Assembly: GCF_003334765.1 (NCBI RefSeq)
Contig: NZ_QOWT01000009.1
DNA from: Escherichia coli
GTDB lineage: Bacteria > Pseudomonadota > Gammaproteobacteria > Enterobacterales > Enterobacteriaceae
Strand: one strand, 5' to 3'
DNA: 64,000 bases
Positions 37,146-47,513 of the stretch are shown here, in pieces. Positions within the stretch are counted from its first letter, which is position 1, and every line of letters starts with the position of its first letter. Both the position numbers and the translations under genes were made by a program. The notes under the pieces are model-generated. The model saw nothing but the letters and a program-made list of their open reading frames with translations. It did not search any database and was not told the origin of the DNA.

Positions 37146-39242
37146 TTAGCGGAAATTGACGCTACGGTCGCTGGTCATGTCATACAACTGGAACTTACGC
37201 CCAAGTTGCTGACCACCGTCACGCGTCAGCGGCGTCCAGCCAATCGCCGCACGGCTGCGTGTCGGGCCAGACGAGAAGAGATCCAACGGTACCGAGACAT
37301 ACACGCCTTTGGTGAAGTCCCCTTCGCCGTACTCCTCTTTCGAAACATTAGTGATCGTGGCATAGCCACCCACCACCACGCCGCTATCAAAGCGTTTGGC
37401 GATCTCCAGCGTGCCGCCTTTATCCCCTGCCAGATACTGCCCGACGCTGGCTTTAACTAACACATCCTGAGCGAAAGATGGCGTCCAGTAGGCGGTCAGA
37501 TGTCCGGTTTTCACGCTGTAGTCGGTGAATTTCATCATATCTTTTGCACTACGCCAGTCGCGCTGTTTAACGTAGTTGGCATCCAGACCAAACGCCCAGT
37601 TGCTGTCCAGCGGGCGATACAACACTTCTGCCCCCGCACCGCCAAACATGGTTTCGAGATAACCACCGTAGACCTGACCGTAGAAGCCGTTGCCCAGATG
37701 CTGGAAGTAGTTGGCTTGCAGGTTATTCACATAGACATCGTTCTGCACATACTCGCGCACATGGGTACGCACGCGCGGTAAGTGCGAGTCCTGCGGAGGA
37801 TTAGTGTAGTTAAACTTGTCGTAGTTGTTGGCAAGATTTGCAAACAGGCTGCCGGTGGTCAGCAGATGGTCCGTCAGCCACAAATCTGCCGTTCCCATCA
37901 CGCCCAGCTGATACATGTAAAAGTTTTCCGGGCCACCGACCGACTGGTTCAGCACCGGATCGATATGGAAATCAAAGCGTGATTTGTCGATATACCAGCC
38001 CTGCTCGGTGGACTGCGGAACCACTGGCTCGACGCGTTTTTGCGCCAGCGTCGTTTCGTGGCCCAACGGCTCTCCGGCGAGATGATTTTTCAGGCTGGCG
38101 ACATCGGTTTCCGTCGTCACCTGCGGCATGTTAAGGCGATTTTCCGTAATGCGGATCGTTTTGATCCCATCCGGCAGATCGTTCATCACGATCCGATTCG
38201 CACGGATGATCCCTTCGCGCGAATCACGATATTTCACCTGCTCGCCGGTAACATACAGCGTATCGCCTTTCGCCTGGATCTGTGGATCGGCAAGTCCGGC
38301 ATTGTATTTCAACAGCGTTAACTGATTCGCCACCACCGAATGCTGCAAAATGGCATCCTGCGGCTGCGGTTGATATTGCGGGCGGGCGTTATCGTTGTAA
38401 GACGGGCGCAGATCGTTAAAGTTGGTGCGCAACGTAACGCCAAACATAAAGGTGTTGCCACGTTCATAGCTAAGGTTAACGTCGGCCCAATCGGTAACGC
38501 GATAAATCGCACCGACGTTAAACTTACTTTTTTGCTCCAGCTTCCCGGCAAAATCCTGCTGATAATTATTGCCTTCATACTCCAGTTTCAGGCGCAGCGG
38601 TTGCCAGGGCGTCTGGTATTCCACGCCGCCAAACAGTGAGGCAGGACCGTGGAACATCTGGCTACCGTCGATAGATCCCGCCTGTTTGTAGCTGTTATCG
38701 CGATAGCAATATTTATCACTGGCTGAACAGAGCGGATTTTTCACATTACCGCTGGTGCCCAAATATCCCCAGCCCAGGCCGAGCGTAAAATCGAACGGCC
38801 CCCAGGCTTTGCTGGCAACAAGATATTCCGCATCAAACAGCCCCGTACCGCCGATATCCCGCGCACCAACCGCCACTTGCGGCAGCCAGTAACTCTCTTC
38901 CCACAAACGCAGTTTGAGATCGAAGGCTTTATCTTTATACGTTTGATCGCCAGAGAACGCTTCGACGCTGCTGTACTGCCGGGTGCGCACGTCGGTGTAG
39001 CGCAGCGTTGTTTCCAGCCACGGGAAGAGTTGCACTGAAGCTGAGTAATAACGGTACTGATCGTTATCGCGATAGTTCAGACTCAACTCCCCTTCCCGTG
39101 CCATACGCGCGGTGGGCGTTTGTAATAATCCTACGCCACCGAAATCCGACTGCGACGGACCAATGGGCGCAGGATATGTTTCGCCGTAGCAAGCTGTGCT
39201 AATGCCCAGCGCCAGTAAGCTAAGCAGATGTCTTTTTTTCAT
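37146..39242 (-). CDS. yjbH: outer-membrane-associated protein of the yjbEFGH exopolysaccharide locus (698 aa)
   Basis: Track ORF 698 aa [26 protein letters not shown]..., signal peptide; ends in aromatic residue (...SVNFR region). Confidence 0.9.
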   Translation of the reverse strand: MKKRHLLSLLALGISTACYGETYPAPIGPSQSDFGGVGLLQTPTARMAREGELSLNYRDNDQYRYYSASVQLFPWLETTLRYTDVRTRQYSSVEAFSGDQTYKDKAFDLKLRLWEESYWLPQVAVGARDIGGTGLFDAEYLVASKAWGPFDFTLGLGWGYLGTSGNVKNPLCSASDKYCYRDNSYKQAGSIDGSQMFHGPASLFGGVEYQTPWQPLRLKLEYEGNNYQQDFAGKLEQKSKFNVGAIYRVTDWADVNLSYERGNTFMFGVTLRTNFNDLRPSYNDNARPQYQPQPQDAILQHSVVANQLTLLKYNAGLADPQIQAKGDTLYVTGEQVKYRDSREGIIRANRIVMNDLPDGIKTIRITENRLNMPQVTTETDVASLKNHLAGEPLGHETTLAQKRVEPVVPQSTEQGWYIDKSRFDFHIDPVLNQSVGGPENFYMYQLGVMGTADLWLTDHLLTTGSLFANLANNYDKFNYTNPPQDSHLPRVRTHVREYVQNDVYVNNLQANYFQHLGNGFYGQVYGGYLETMFGGAGAEVLYRPLDSNWAFGLDANYVKQRDWRSAKDMMKFTDYSVKTGHLTAYWTPSFAQDVLVKASVGQYLAGDKGGTLEIAKRFDSGVVVGGYATITNVSKEEYGEGDFTKGVYVSVPLDLFSSGPTRSRAAIGWTPLTRDGGQQLGRKFQLYDMTSDRSVNFR

Positions 39243-39979
39243 TATTGAGGTATCCGCTGCGTCAGAGTCTGAAGAATGTCGGCGTTAAGGGCATCAGGCG
39301 TCTCACTCCAGACGGAGTCCGCGAGGCCAACATAAATAATGCTGCCGGGCATCGGCTCTACGTGACGCTTGTTCCAGTAAGCCACCGGCGCTTTTTGCGT
39401 GCGTCCGTCCGGGTAAACCACCCACGCGTAGCTGCGATCCGCACCGCTGAGCAGGCTCTGGTCAGAGAGATAGCTCGCCACGTCGCGACCTGGAGTGAAT
39501 GGCTGCTTGCCAGGACGGCTGATAAGCCCGAACAACGTGACCGTGGACGGCGGTGGTCCGACCCACAGCGTGTAGTTGCCCTGCAACGGCGGGTTACCGC
39601 GTTCGGCAACGCGGACGATATCGGGATCAAGATTGATTTTTTGCCTGCCCGTCACTTTCAACGCCTGAATTTGCTGGCGTAAGGCGTTAATCGCAGCGGC
39701 ATCGTCGGCGCTGGAATCTGCGCCCTGTTCTGCCAGCCGTGTCAGCAACGCCTGCTGCTGACGCAATGCTGCCGCCGTTGCCAGCTCTTCGCTAATCACC
39801 GCACCGGGCCACCAGCTGTTTGCCAGCCGCGGTTGGCCTACCAGATCGATTAAATGCTCTGCGCCCGTTAGCGTTTTGGCCTCACTGCTGCCATTGCTGA
39901 ACACCTTGACGGTTCCTGCCGCGAAGACCGATGACGCTCCCACACTCAAAAGCAACGCGACAATAGTTTGTTTAATCAT
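39242..39979 (-). CDS. yjbG: periplasmic protein of the yjbEFGH locus (245 aa)
   Basis: ATG at 39979 inside track ORF 39242..40075 (which starts at TTG) gives [23 protein letters not shown]...; ATGA start/stop overlap with yjbF. Confidence 0.88.
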   Translation of the reverse strand: MIKQTIVALLLSVGASSVFAAGTVKVFSNGSSEAKTLTGAEHLIDLVGQPRLANSWWPGAVISEELATAAALRQQQALLTRLAEQGADSSADDAAAINALRQQIQALKVTGRQKINLDPDIVRVAERGNPPLQGNYTLWVGPPPSTVTLFGLISRPGKQPFTPGRDVASYLSDQSLLSGADRSYAWVVYPDGRTQKAPVAYWNKRHVEPMPGSIIYVGLADSVWSETPDALNADILQTLTQRIPQ

Positions 39980-40614
39980 TGTTTTGCCGCCTTGATGAGA
40001 GTGGTTTTCACCGGAAAATAATCCGCGCCGAGATACTGTTCCGACTGGCGAATTTGCCCTTCGCTGTCGATCCAATAGCGGTTATGCCAGCGCGCCTGGT
40101 CGGTGGAGACTTCTTCGTCCAGCACGCGAACCGGGGTTTCATCGCTGCCGACTTTGACGGTATCGGTGCCATCCCATTTGAAGACTGAGCGTGCGGTGGC
40201 GTAGCGTACCTGCTGGTACTCGGTCCAGCCCATCGTGCGCGTCCAGCTTGCGCCATCAACGATTTGTGCGGGTTTAATCAGCGGGTCGGCAGCAAGGTTA
40301 TTCACTTCAATCAGGTTGTCGCCGCCGAGCAGAGTCTTCACCAGACGGCCATGTTGGGTAACGAGAGTAGCCTGATCCTGAGTGACCCATTTTTGTTGTC
40401 CGTCTTCAGCGAAGGCCAGCACCACAAATAACTGCGGCCCGCCATTAAGCTGCATGTACTGGCTGGCGTAGGGCATATTTTGAATATCATCATCCGTCAG
40501 CTGTACGCCTGGCGTGCCGAACAGACTGTCCCACAGTGAATTGCCCAGCTCTTTAGTCGTGGCTGAACAGGCCTGTAATAACAGGCAGATAAGAATGAGT
40601 GCAGGTCGCTTCAC
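39976..40614 (-). CDS. yjbF: lipoprotein of the yjbEFGH locus (212 aa), GTG start
   Basis: Track ORF 39976..40644; GTG at 40614 with GGAG SD gives (M)KRPALILICLLLQACSATT, lipobox LLQAC. Confidence 0.85.
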   Translation of the reverse strand: MKRPALILICLLLQACSATTKELGNSLWDSLFGTPGVQLTDDDIQNMPYASQYMQLNGGPQLFVVLAFAEDGQQKWVTQDQATLVTQHGRLVKTLLGGDNLIEVNNLAADPLIKPAQIVDGASWTRTMGWTEYQQVRYATARSVFKWDGTDTVKVGSDETPVRVLDEEVSTDQARWHNRYWIDSEGQIRQSEQYLGADYFPVKTTLIKAAKQ

Positions 40615-40727
40615 GACTCTTCTCCAGAGGGGCAGAATAACCACACCGGAGTGTGGTTATGGTTAATCCCTTCATACTTCTAGCCACAGATGCAATGACT
40701 CGAATTATTTTGGGGATACATACTTTA

Positions 40728-40970
40728 TTACTGGGTACTGGTGGTCGTGGTTGTGGTGGTCCCGGTATTAGAACCATCACCGCCACCGGTTGCCGCAAGC
40801 GCGACACCCACCGCCGAGCTTACGGTGCTGACGCTGGTCGCGGAGGAACTCCCCGCCGAAACCGACGTTGCTGCCGACCCTGCCGCTTCGCCCACCTGTA
40901 CAGGTGCAGCCCACGCAGAAGTCGCCGCAAGCGCAGATATGGCAAAAATGCCATACAGAACTTTTTTCAT
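40728..40970 (-). CDS. yjbE: small secreted Ser/Thr/Ala/Gly-rich protein (80 aa)
   Basis: Track ORF 80 aa [21 protein letters not shown]... ending in a poly-Thr tract [11 protein letters not shown]. Confidence 0.85.
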
Positions 40971-41378
40971 AACAATTTCCCTTCATTGAATGAATGGAGA
41001 TTTACCCAAAAACATTTCGGGCGGGATCGAGTATACACAACTAAAGCATGCGAATTACGGCGCGGGGAATTAGCGATGGCGTTTTAGGATAATTGGAATG
41101 AATATCAAATATAAGTTTCAACTTATATTTAAATAACAATAAAAATCATAAACTTAAAATAAAAACAAAAGCAATTAATCTGCGTATTTTCCGAAATAAA
41201 CAACGATTAAAAATCTATTTTAGGATTAACCTCATGGTATGATTTCCGTTAAATCACAGACAAGGGAATTTATCTGATAAAAAAATGCCGACATAACGTC
41301 GGCATTGTTATTAAGGTTATTTAATCAATCGTGCTATGTATTAATTGCCGAATACGATGTACATATCGGCATCGACCT

Positions 41379-41455
41379 GTAGGCCTGATAAGACGCGACC
41401 GCGTCGCATCAGGCATCGGTTGCCGGATGCGGCGTGAACGCCTTATCCGGCCTAC
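41379..41455. repeat. BIME / REP pair between pgi and yjbE
   Basis: gtaggcctgataagacgcgaccgcgtcgcatcaggc ... gccggatgcggcgtgaacgccttatccggcctac. Confidence 0.9.
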
Positions 41456-41468
41456 ATATCGACGATGA

Positions 41469-43118
41469 TTAACCGCGCCACGCTTTATAGCGGTTAATCA
41501 GACCATTGGTCGAGCTATCGTGGCTGCTGATTTCTTTATCATCTTTCAGCTCTGGCAGAATACGGTTCGCCAGCTGTTTACCCAGTTCCACGCCCCACTG
41601 GTCGAAGGTGAAGATGTTCAGGATCACGCCCTGAGTAAAGATTTTGTGCTCATACAGCGCAATCAACGCACCCAGGCTGAACGGAGTGATTTCACGCAGC
41701 AGGATGGAGTTGGTCGGGCGGTTACCTTCGAATACTTTGAACGGCACCACGTAGTCAAGCGTTGCCGGATCTTTACCCTGATCACGATATTCCTGCTCAA
41801 CCACTTCGCGGGATTTACCAAACGCCAGCGCTTCGGTCTGGGCGAAGAAGTTAGACAGCAGTTTCTGGTGATGATCAGAGAGCGGGTTATGGGTGATAGC
41901 CGGAGCGATGAAATCGCACGGTACCATTTTGGTTCCCTGGTGGATCAGCTGGTAGAACGCGTGCTGACCGTTAGTGCCTGGTTCACCCCAGATAATCGGG
42001 CCAGTCTGGTAATCCACAACGTTACCGTTACGGTCAACATACTTACCGTTGGACTCCATATTGCCCTGCTGGAAGTACGCCGCGAAACGGTGCATATACT
42101 GGTCATACGGCAGAATCGCTTCAGTTTCCGCACCAAAGAAATTGTTGTACCAGATGCCAATCAGCGCCAGCAGTACAGGCAGGTTTTTCTCGGCAGGCGT
42201 GGTGGAGAAATGCTTGTCCATCGCGTGTGCGCCGGAAAGCAGTTCAACGAAGTTATCAAAGCCGATGGAGAGAACAATCGACAGGCCAATCGCTGACCAC
42301 AAAGAGTAACGGCCGCCAACCCAGTCCCAGAACTCGAACATGTTGGCAGTATCAATACCAAACTCGCCAACGGCTTTGGCATTGGTGGAAAGCGCCGCAA
42401 AGTGTTTTGCAACGTGTTTTTCATCACCTGCCGCTTTCAGGAACCAGTCACGCGCGCTATGGGCGTTGGTCATAGTTTCCTGAGTGGTGAAGGTTTTAGA
42501 TGCTACCAGGAACAGCGTGGTTTCCGGGTTTACTTTTTTCAGCACTTCCGCGATGTGAGTCCCATCGACGTTAGAAACAAAGTGCATGTTCAGGTGGTTT
42601 TTGTACGGACGCAGAGCTTCGGTCACCATGTATGGGCCGAGGTCAGAACCGCCGATCCCGATGTTCACTACGTCAGTGATTGCTTTGCCGGTATAACCTT
42701 TCCACTCACCGGAAATAATCGCTTCTGAGAAGGTTTTCATCTTCTCCAGCACCGCGTTGACTTCCGGCATTACGTCTTTGCCATCAACCAAAATCGGGGT
42801 ATTGCTACGGTTACGCAGCGCTACGTGCAGCACGGCGCGGTTTTCAGTGCGGTTGATCTTCTCGCCAGAGAACATCGACTTAATCGCGCCCGCCAGATCG
42901 CACTCTTTCGCCAGATCCTGTAATTTCGCCAGCGTCTCTTCAGTGATGCGGTTTTTGGAGTAATCCACCAGCATCTGATCGTCGAAGGTTGCGGAGAACT
43001 TAGAAAAACGATCGCCGTCTTTAGCAAAAAGATCGGCGATCGTAACGTCTTTCATTTCATCGAAGTGTTTCTGTAGTGCCTGCCAGGCAGCGGTCTGCGT
43101 TGGATTGATGTTTTTCAT
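41469..43118 (-). CDS. pgi: glucose-6-phosphate isomerase (549 aa)
   Basis: Track ORF 41469..43124 starts at TTG; ATG at 43118 gives [25 protein letters not shown]... Confidence 0.98.
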
Positions 43119-43301
43119 TAGCAATACTCTTCTGATTTTGAGAATTGTGACTTTGGAAGATTGTAGCGCCAGTCACAGAAAAATGTGATGGTTTTAGTGC
43201 CGTTAGCGTAATGTTGAGTGTAAACCCTTAGCGCAGTGAAGCATTTATTAGCTGAACTACTGACCGCCAGGAGTGGATGAAAAATCCGCATGACCCCATC
43301 G

Positions 43302-43642
43302 TTGACAACCGCCCCGCTCACCCTTTATTTATAAATGTACTACCTGCGCTAGCGCAGGCCAGAAGAGGCGCGTTGCCCAAGTAACGGTGTTGGAGGAGCC
43401 AGTCCTGTGATAACACCTGAGGGGGTGCATCGCCGAGGTGATTGAACGGCTGGCCACGTTCATCATCGGCTACAGGGGCTGAATCCCCTGGGTTGTCACC
43501 AGAAGCGTTCGCAGTCGGGCGTTTCGCAAGTGGTGGAGCACTTCTGGGTGAAAATAGTAGCGAAGTATCGCTCTGCGCCCACCCGTCTTCCGCTCTTCCC
43601 TTGTGCCAAGGCTGAAAATGGATCCCCTGACACGAGGTAGTT
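43302..43642 (+). promoter_or_regulatory. lysC promoter and lysine riboswitch (L-box) leader
   Basis: TTGACA at 43302-43307; long structured 5' leader containing conserved L-box-like segments (GAAGAGGCGCG, GGAGGAGCCAG, GGTGCATCGCCGAGGTG, CTGGGTTGTCACC) ending at the lysC ATG 43643. Confidence 0.85.
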
Positions 43643-44992
43643 ATGTCTGAAATTGTTGTCTCCAAATTTGGCGGTACCAGCGTAGCTGATTTTGACGCCA
43701 TGAACCGCAGCGCTGATATTGTGCTTTCTGATGCCAACGTGCGTTTAGTTGTCCTCTCGGCTTCTGCTGGTATCACTAATCTGCTGGTCGCTTTAGCTGA
43801 AGGACTGGAACCTGGCGAGCGATTCGAAAAACTCGACGCTATCCGCAACATCCAGTTTGCCATTCTGGAACGTCTGCGTTACCCGAACGTTATCCGTGAA
43901 GAGATTGAACGTCTGCTGGAGAACATTACTGTTCTGGCAGAAGCGGCGGCGCTGGCAACGTCTCCGGCGCTGACAGATGAGCTGGTCAGCCACGGCGAGC
44001 TGATGTCGACCCTGCTGTTTGTTGAGATCCTGCGCGAACGCGATGTTCAGGCACAGTGGTTTGATGTACGTAAAGTGATGCGTACCAACGACCGATTTGG
44101 TCGTGCAGAGCCAGATATAGCCGCGCTGGCGGAACTGGCCGCGCTGCAGCTGCTCCCACGTCTCAATGAAGGCTTAGTGATCACCCAGGGATTTATCGGT
44201 AGCGAAAATAAAGGTCGTACAACGACGCTTGGCCGTGGAGGCAGCGATTATACGGCAGCCTTGCTGGCGGAGGCTTTACACGCATCTCGTGTTGATATCT
44301 GGACCGACGTCCCGGGCATCTACACCACCGATCCACGCGTAGTTTCCGCAGCAAAACGCATTGATGAAATCGCGTTTGCCGAAGCGGCAGAGATGGCAAC
44401 TTTTGGTGCAAAAGTACTGCATCCGGCAACGTTGCTACCCGCAGTACGCAGCGATATCCCGGTCTTTGTCGGCTCCAGCAAAGACCCACGCGCAGGTGGT
44501 ACGATGGTGTGCAATAAAACTGAAAATCCGCCGCTGTTCCGCGCTCTGGCGCTTCGTCGCAATCAGACTCTGCTCACTTTGCACAGCCTGAATATGCTGC
44601 ATTCTCGCGGTTTCCTCGCGGAAGTTTTCGGCATCCTCGCGCGGCATAATATTTCGGTAGACTTAATCACCACGTCAGAAGTGAGCGTGGCATTAACCCT
44701 TGATACCACCGGTTCAACCTCCACTGGCGATACGTTGCTGACGCAATCTCTGCTGATGGAGCTTTCCGCACTGTGTCGGGTGGAGGTGGAAGAAGGTCTG
44801 GCGCTGGTCGCGTTGATTGGCAATGACCTGTCAAAAGCCTGCGGCGTTGGCAAAGAGGTATTCGGCGTACTGGAACCGTTCAACATTCGCATGATTTGTT
44901 ATGGCGCATCCAGCCATAACCTGTGCTTCCTGGTGCCCGGCGAAGATGCCGAGCAGGTGGTGCAAAAACTGCATAGTAATTTGTTTGAGTAA
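43643..44992 (+). CDS. lysC: lysine-sensitive aspartokinase III (449 aa)
   Basis: Track ORF 449 aa MSEIVVSKFGGTSVADFDAMNRSADIVLSD... Confidence 0.98.
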   Translation: MSEIVVSKFGGTSVADFDAMNRSADIVLSDANVRLVVLSASAGITNLLVALAEGLEPGERFEKLDAIRNIQFAILERLRYPNVIREEIERLLENITVLAEAAALATSPALTDELVSHGELMSTLLFVEILRERDVQAQWFDVRKVMRTNDRFGRAEPDIAALAELAALQLLPRLNEGLVITQGFIGSENKGRTTTLGRGGSDYTAALLAEALHASRVDIWTDVPGIYTTDPRVVSAAKRIDEIAFAEAAEMATFGAKVLHPATLLPAVRSDIPVFVGSSKDPRAGGTMVCNKTENPPLFRALALRRNQTLLTLHSLNMLHSRGFLAEVFGILARHNISVDLITTSEVSVALTLDTTGSTSTGDTLLTQSLLMELSALCRVEVEEGLALVALIGNDLSKACGVGKEVFGVLEPFNIRMICYGASSHNLCFLVPGEDAEQVVQKLHSNLFE

Positions 44993-45244
44993 ATACTGTA
45001 TGGCCTGGAAGCTATATTTCGGGCCGTATTGATTTTCTTGTCACTATGCTCATCAATAAACGAGCCTGTACTCTGTTAACCAGCGTCTTTATCGGAGAAT
45101 AATTGCCTTTAATTTTTTTATCTGCATCTCTAATTAATTATCGAAAGAGATAAATAGTTAAGAGAAGGCAAAATGAATATTATCAGTTCTGCTCGCAAAC
45201 GAATTCCCGTACACTGAACTCTCTGGCTCACTGAGGGCACCATC

Positions 45245-45517
45245 ATGGCACTCCCCCGTATTACCCAAAAAGAGATGACTGAACGCGAGCAGCGTGAACT
45301 TAAAACACTGCTGGATCGGGCGCGGATTGCGCATGGTCGCGTATTGACCAACTCCGAAACCAACAGCATTAAGAAAGATTACATCGATAAATTAATGGTT
45401 GAGCGTGAGGCTGAAGCGAAAAAAGCCCGCCAGTTGAAGAAAAAGCAGGCTTATAAACCGGATCCTGAAGCGTCATTTAGCTGGTCAGCAAATACGTCGA
45501 CGCGCGGCAGGCGCTAA
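45245..45517 (+). CDS. yjbD: uncharacterised small basic protein (90 aa)
   Basis: Track ORF 90 aa MALPRITQKEMTEREQRELKTLLDRARIAHG... Confidence 0.8.
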   Translation: MALPRITQKEMTEREQRELKTLLDRARIAHGRVLTNSETNSIKKDYIDKLMVEREAEAKKARQLKKKQAYKPDPEASFSWSANTSTRGRR

Positions 45518-45566
45518 TCCACAATCAACGCCTGAGATTTTCACTCGTCAGTGTGAACACAATTTT

Positions 45567-45607
45567 CCCCTCACCCTAACCCTTTTCCCGAAGGGGCGAG
45601 GGGACTG
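45567..45607. repeat. GC-rich imperfect palindrome between convergent yjbD and rluF (possible bidirectional terminator or dispersed-repeat member)
   Basis: cccctcaccctaacccttttcccgaaggggcgaggggactg: CCCCTC(A)CCC ... GGGGCGAGGGG arms. Confidence 0.5.
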
Positions 45608-45649
45608 TCCGGGCACTTTTGGGCCGTTTTCATCAGTCTGAGGCGTTAA

Positions 45650-46522
45650 TCAGCGCCCCTTCTTTTTACGCCCCGGCGAGGTAAAACGCTTACCGTTGGA
45701 CGCCGGGCGACCGCCTTTTTCCGCCGTTTTTTCCATCTTAACGACTGGACGTTTGATGCCCGCTGTTTTCGGTTTGGCCTTCGCTTTAGGTTTTACCTCG
45801 GAAGAGGAATTTTCAATGAGCTTAAAGAGGTCGATTAACTCATCGTCGGTTAAATCGCGCCATTCCCCCAGCGGAATGCCGCTTAAGCTAACGTTCATGA
45901 TGCGCGTGCGTTCCAGCTTTTTCACTTCATAGCCGAAATGCTCGCACATGCGCCGGATCTGACGGTTCAGCCCCTGCACCAGGGTAATGCGGAAGACAAA
46001 CGGCGCTTCTTTTTTAACTTTGCACTTTTTGGTCACTGTCCCGAGGATTGGCACCCCCGCACTCATGCCGCGAATAAACTCCTCGGTAATCGGTTTATCG
46101 ACCGTCACCAGATACTCTTTCTCATGATCATTGCCAGCACGCAGGATCTTATTCACCAGATCGCCGTGATTGGTGAGGAAAATCAGCCCCTGGGAGTCTT
46201 TATCCAGGCGGCCAATCGGGAACACGCGTTTGCTGTGGTTAACGAAATCGACAATGTTATCGCGCTCGCCATCTTCGGTGGTGCTTACAATACCAACGGG
46301 CTTGTTCAGGGCGATAAGTACCAAATCTTCGGCTTCCCGAGGTTCAATCAACTGACCGTTTACTTTCACAACGTCGCCGGGTTTCACCTGATCGCCAATG
46401 GTGGCTCGCTTGCCATTAAGGAACACATTGCCTTGCTCGATATAGCGATCCGCTTCGCGGCGTGAGCAAATTCCGCTTTCGCTGATGTATTTATTTAAAC
46501 GGACTGATGAGTCGGGCAGCAT
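45650..46522 (-). CDS. rluF: 23S rRNA pseudouridine synthase F, RsuA family (290 aa)
   Basis: Track ORF 290 aa [33 protein letters not shown]... (S4 domain), catalytic RLDKDSQGL motif, Lys-rich C-tail. Confidence 0.95.
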
Positions 46523-46733
46523 AAATTCTCCTGTAAAAAACGGAATATACCGTACCTTTGGGTTGATAAAAAATAGTCATGAGCGAACTATTTGTTATTT
46601 CCATTGGCTTGAATTCGTTACCTGCTCAAATCACTTTCCAGAAGCAATGTGCGACATCGTGAGCCATGTCAGTAAGTGGTTAAATTCGCAGTGGTAGCAT
46701 GCCTCCCGTGATTTCTTACTAACCGGAGAAGTA

Positions 46734-47423
46734 ATGGAACTGCTTTTATTGAGTAACTCGACGCTGCCGGGTAAAGCCTGGCTGGAACATGCACTGCCGC
46801 TAATTGCTGAACAGTTGCAGGGTCGCCGCTCAGCGGTGTTTATCCCTTTCGCTGGCGTAACGCAGACCTGGGATGATTACACAGCGAAAACGGCTGCGGT
46901 TCTCGCTCCGCTGGGTGTTTCTGTCACCGGTATTCATAGCGTTGTCGATCCCGTTGCCGCGATTGAAAATACTGAGATCGTGATTGTCGGCGGCGGGAAT
47001 ACTTTCCAGTTGCTGAAACAGTGCCGCGAGCGCGGGCTGCTGGCACCAATTACTGACGTGGTTAAACGTGGCGCTCTGTATATTGGCTGGAGCGCAGGCG
47101 CTAACCTTGCTTGCCCAACTATTCGTACCACCAACGATATGCCGATTGTCGATCCGCAAGGTTTCGATGCGCTAAATCTGTTCCCGCTGCAAATCAACCC
47201 GCACTTCACCAACGCGCTGCCGGAAGGCCATAAAGGTGAAACCCGTGAGCAGCGTATTCGCGAACTGCTGGTCGTCGCGCCAGAACTGACGATTATTGGT
47301 CTACCGGAAGGTAACTGGATCACAGTGAGTAAAGGTCACGCTACGCTGGGTGGCCCGAACACCACTTATGTGTTTAAGGCTGGTGAAGAAGCGGTTCCGC
47401 TGGAAGCTGGTCACCGTTTTTAA
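46734..47423 (+). CDS. pepE: alpha-aspartyl dipeptidase, peptidase E (229 aa)
   Basis: Track ORF 229 aa [30 protein letters not shown]...; S51 peptidase motif GWSAGA. Confidence 0.96.
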   Translation: MELLLLSNSTLPGKAWLEHALPLIAEQLQGRRSAVFIPFAGVTQTWDDYTAKTAAVLAPLGVSVTGIHSVVDPVAAIENTEIVIVGGGNTFQLLKQCRERGLLAPITDVVKRGALYIGWSAGANLACPTIRTTNDMPIVDPQGFDALNLFPLQINPHFTNALPEGHKGETREQRIRELLVVAPELTIIGLPEGNWITVSKGHATLGGPNTTYVFKAGEEAVPLEAGHRF

Positions 47424-47428
47424 GTGAA

Positions 47429-47500
47429 TTGCCGGATGCATGATCCGGCATCTTGTTCATAGTGCCTGATGCGACGCTTGACGCGTCTTATCAGGCCTAC
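47429..47500. repeat. REP-type palindromes between pepE and yjbB
   Basis: gccggatgcatgatccggca hairpin followed by gcctgatgcgacgcttgacgcgtcttatcaggcctac. Confidence 0.8.
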
Positions 47501-47513
47501 AGGATTCACAATA

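Noticed and set aside
43318-43863. 181-aa minus-strand ORF overlapping the lysC leader and 5' coding region
   Set aside because: Covers the lysine riboswitch and lysC start; Ala/Ser/Arg-rich; no RBS. The region is explained by the riboswitch and lysC.
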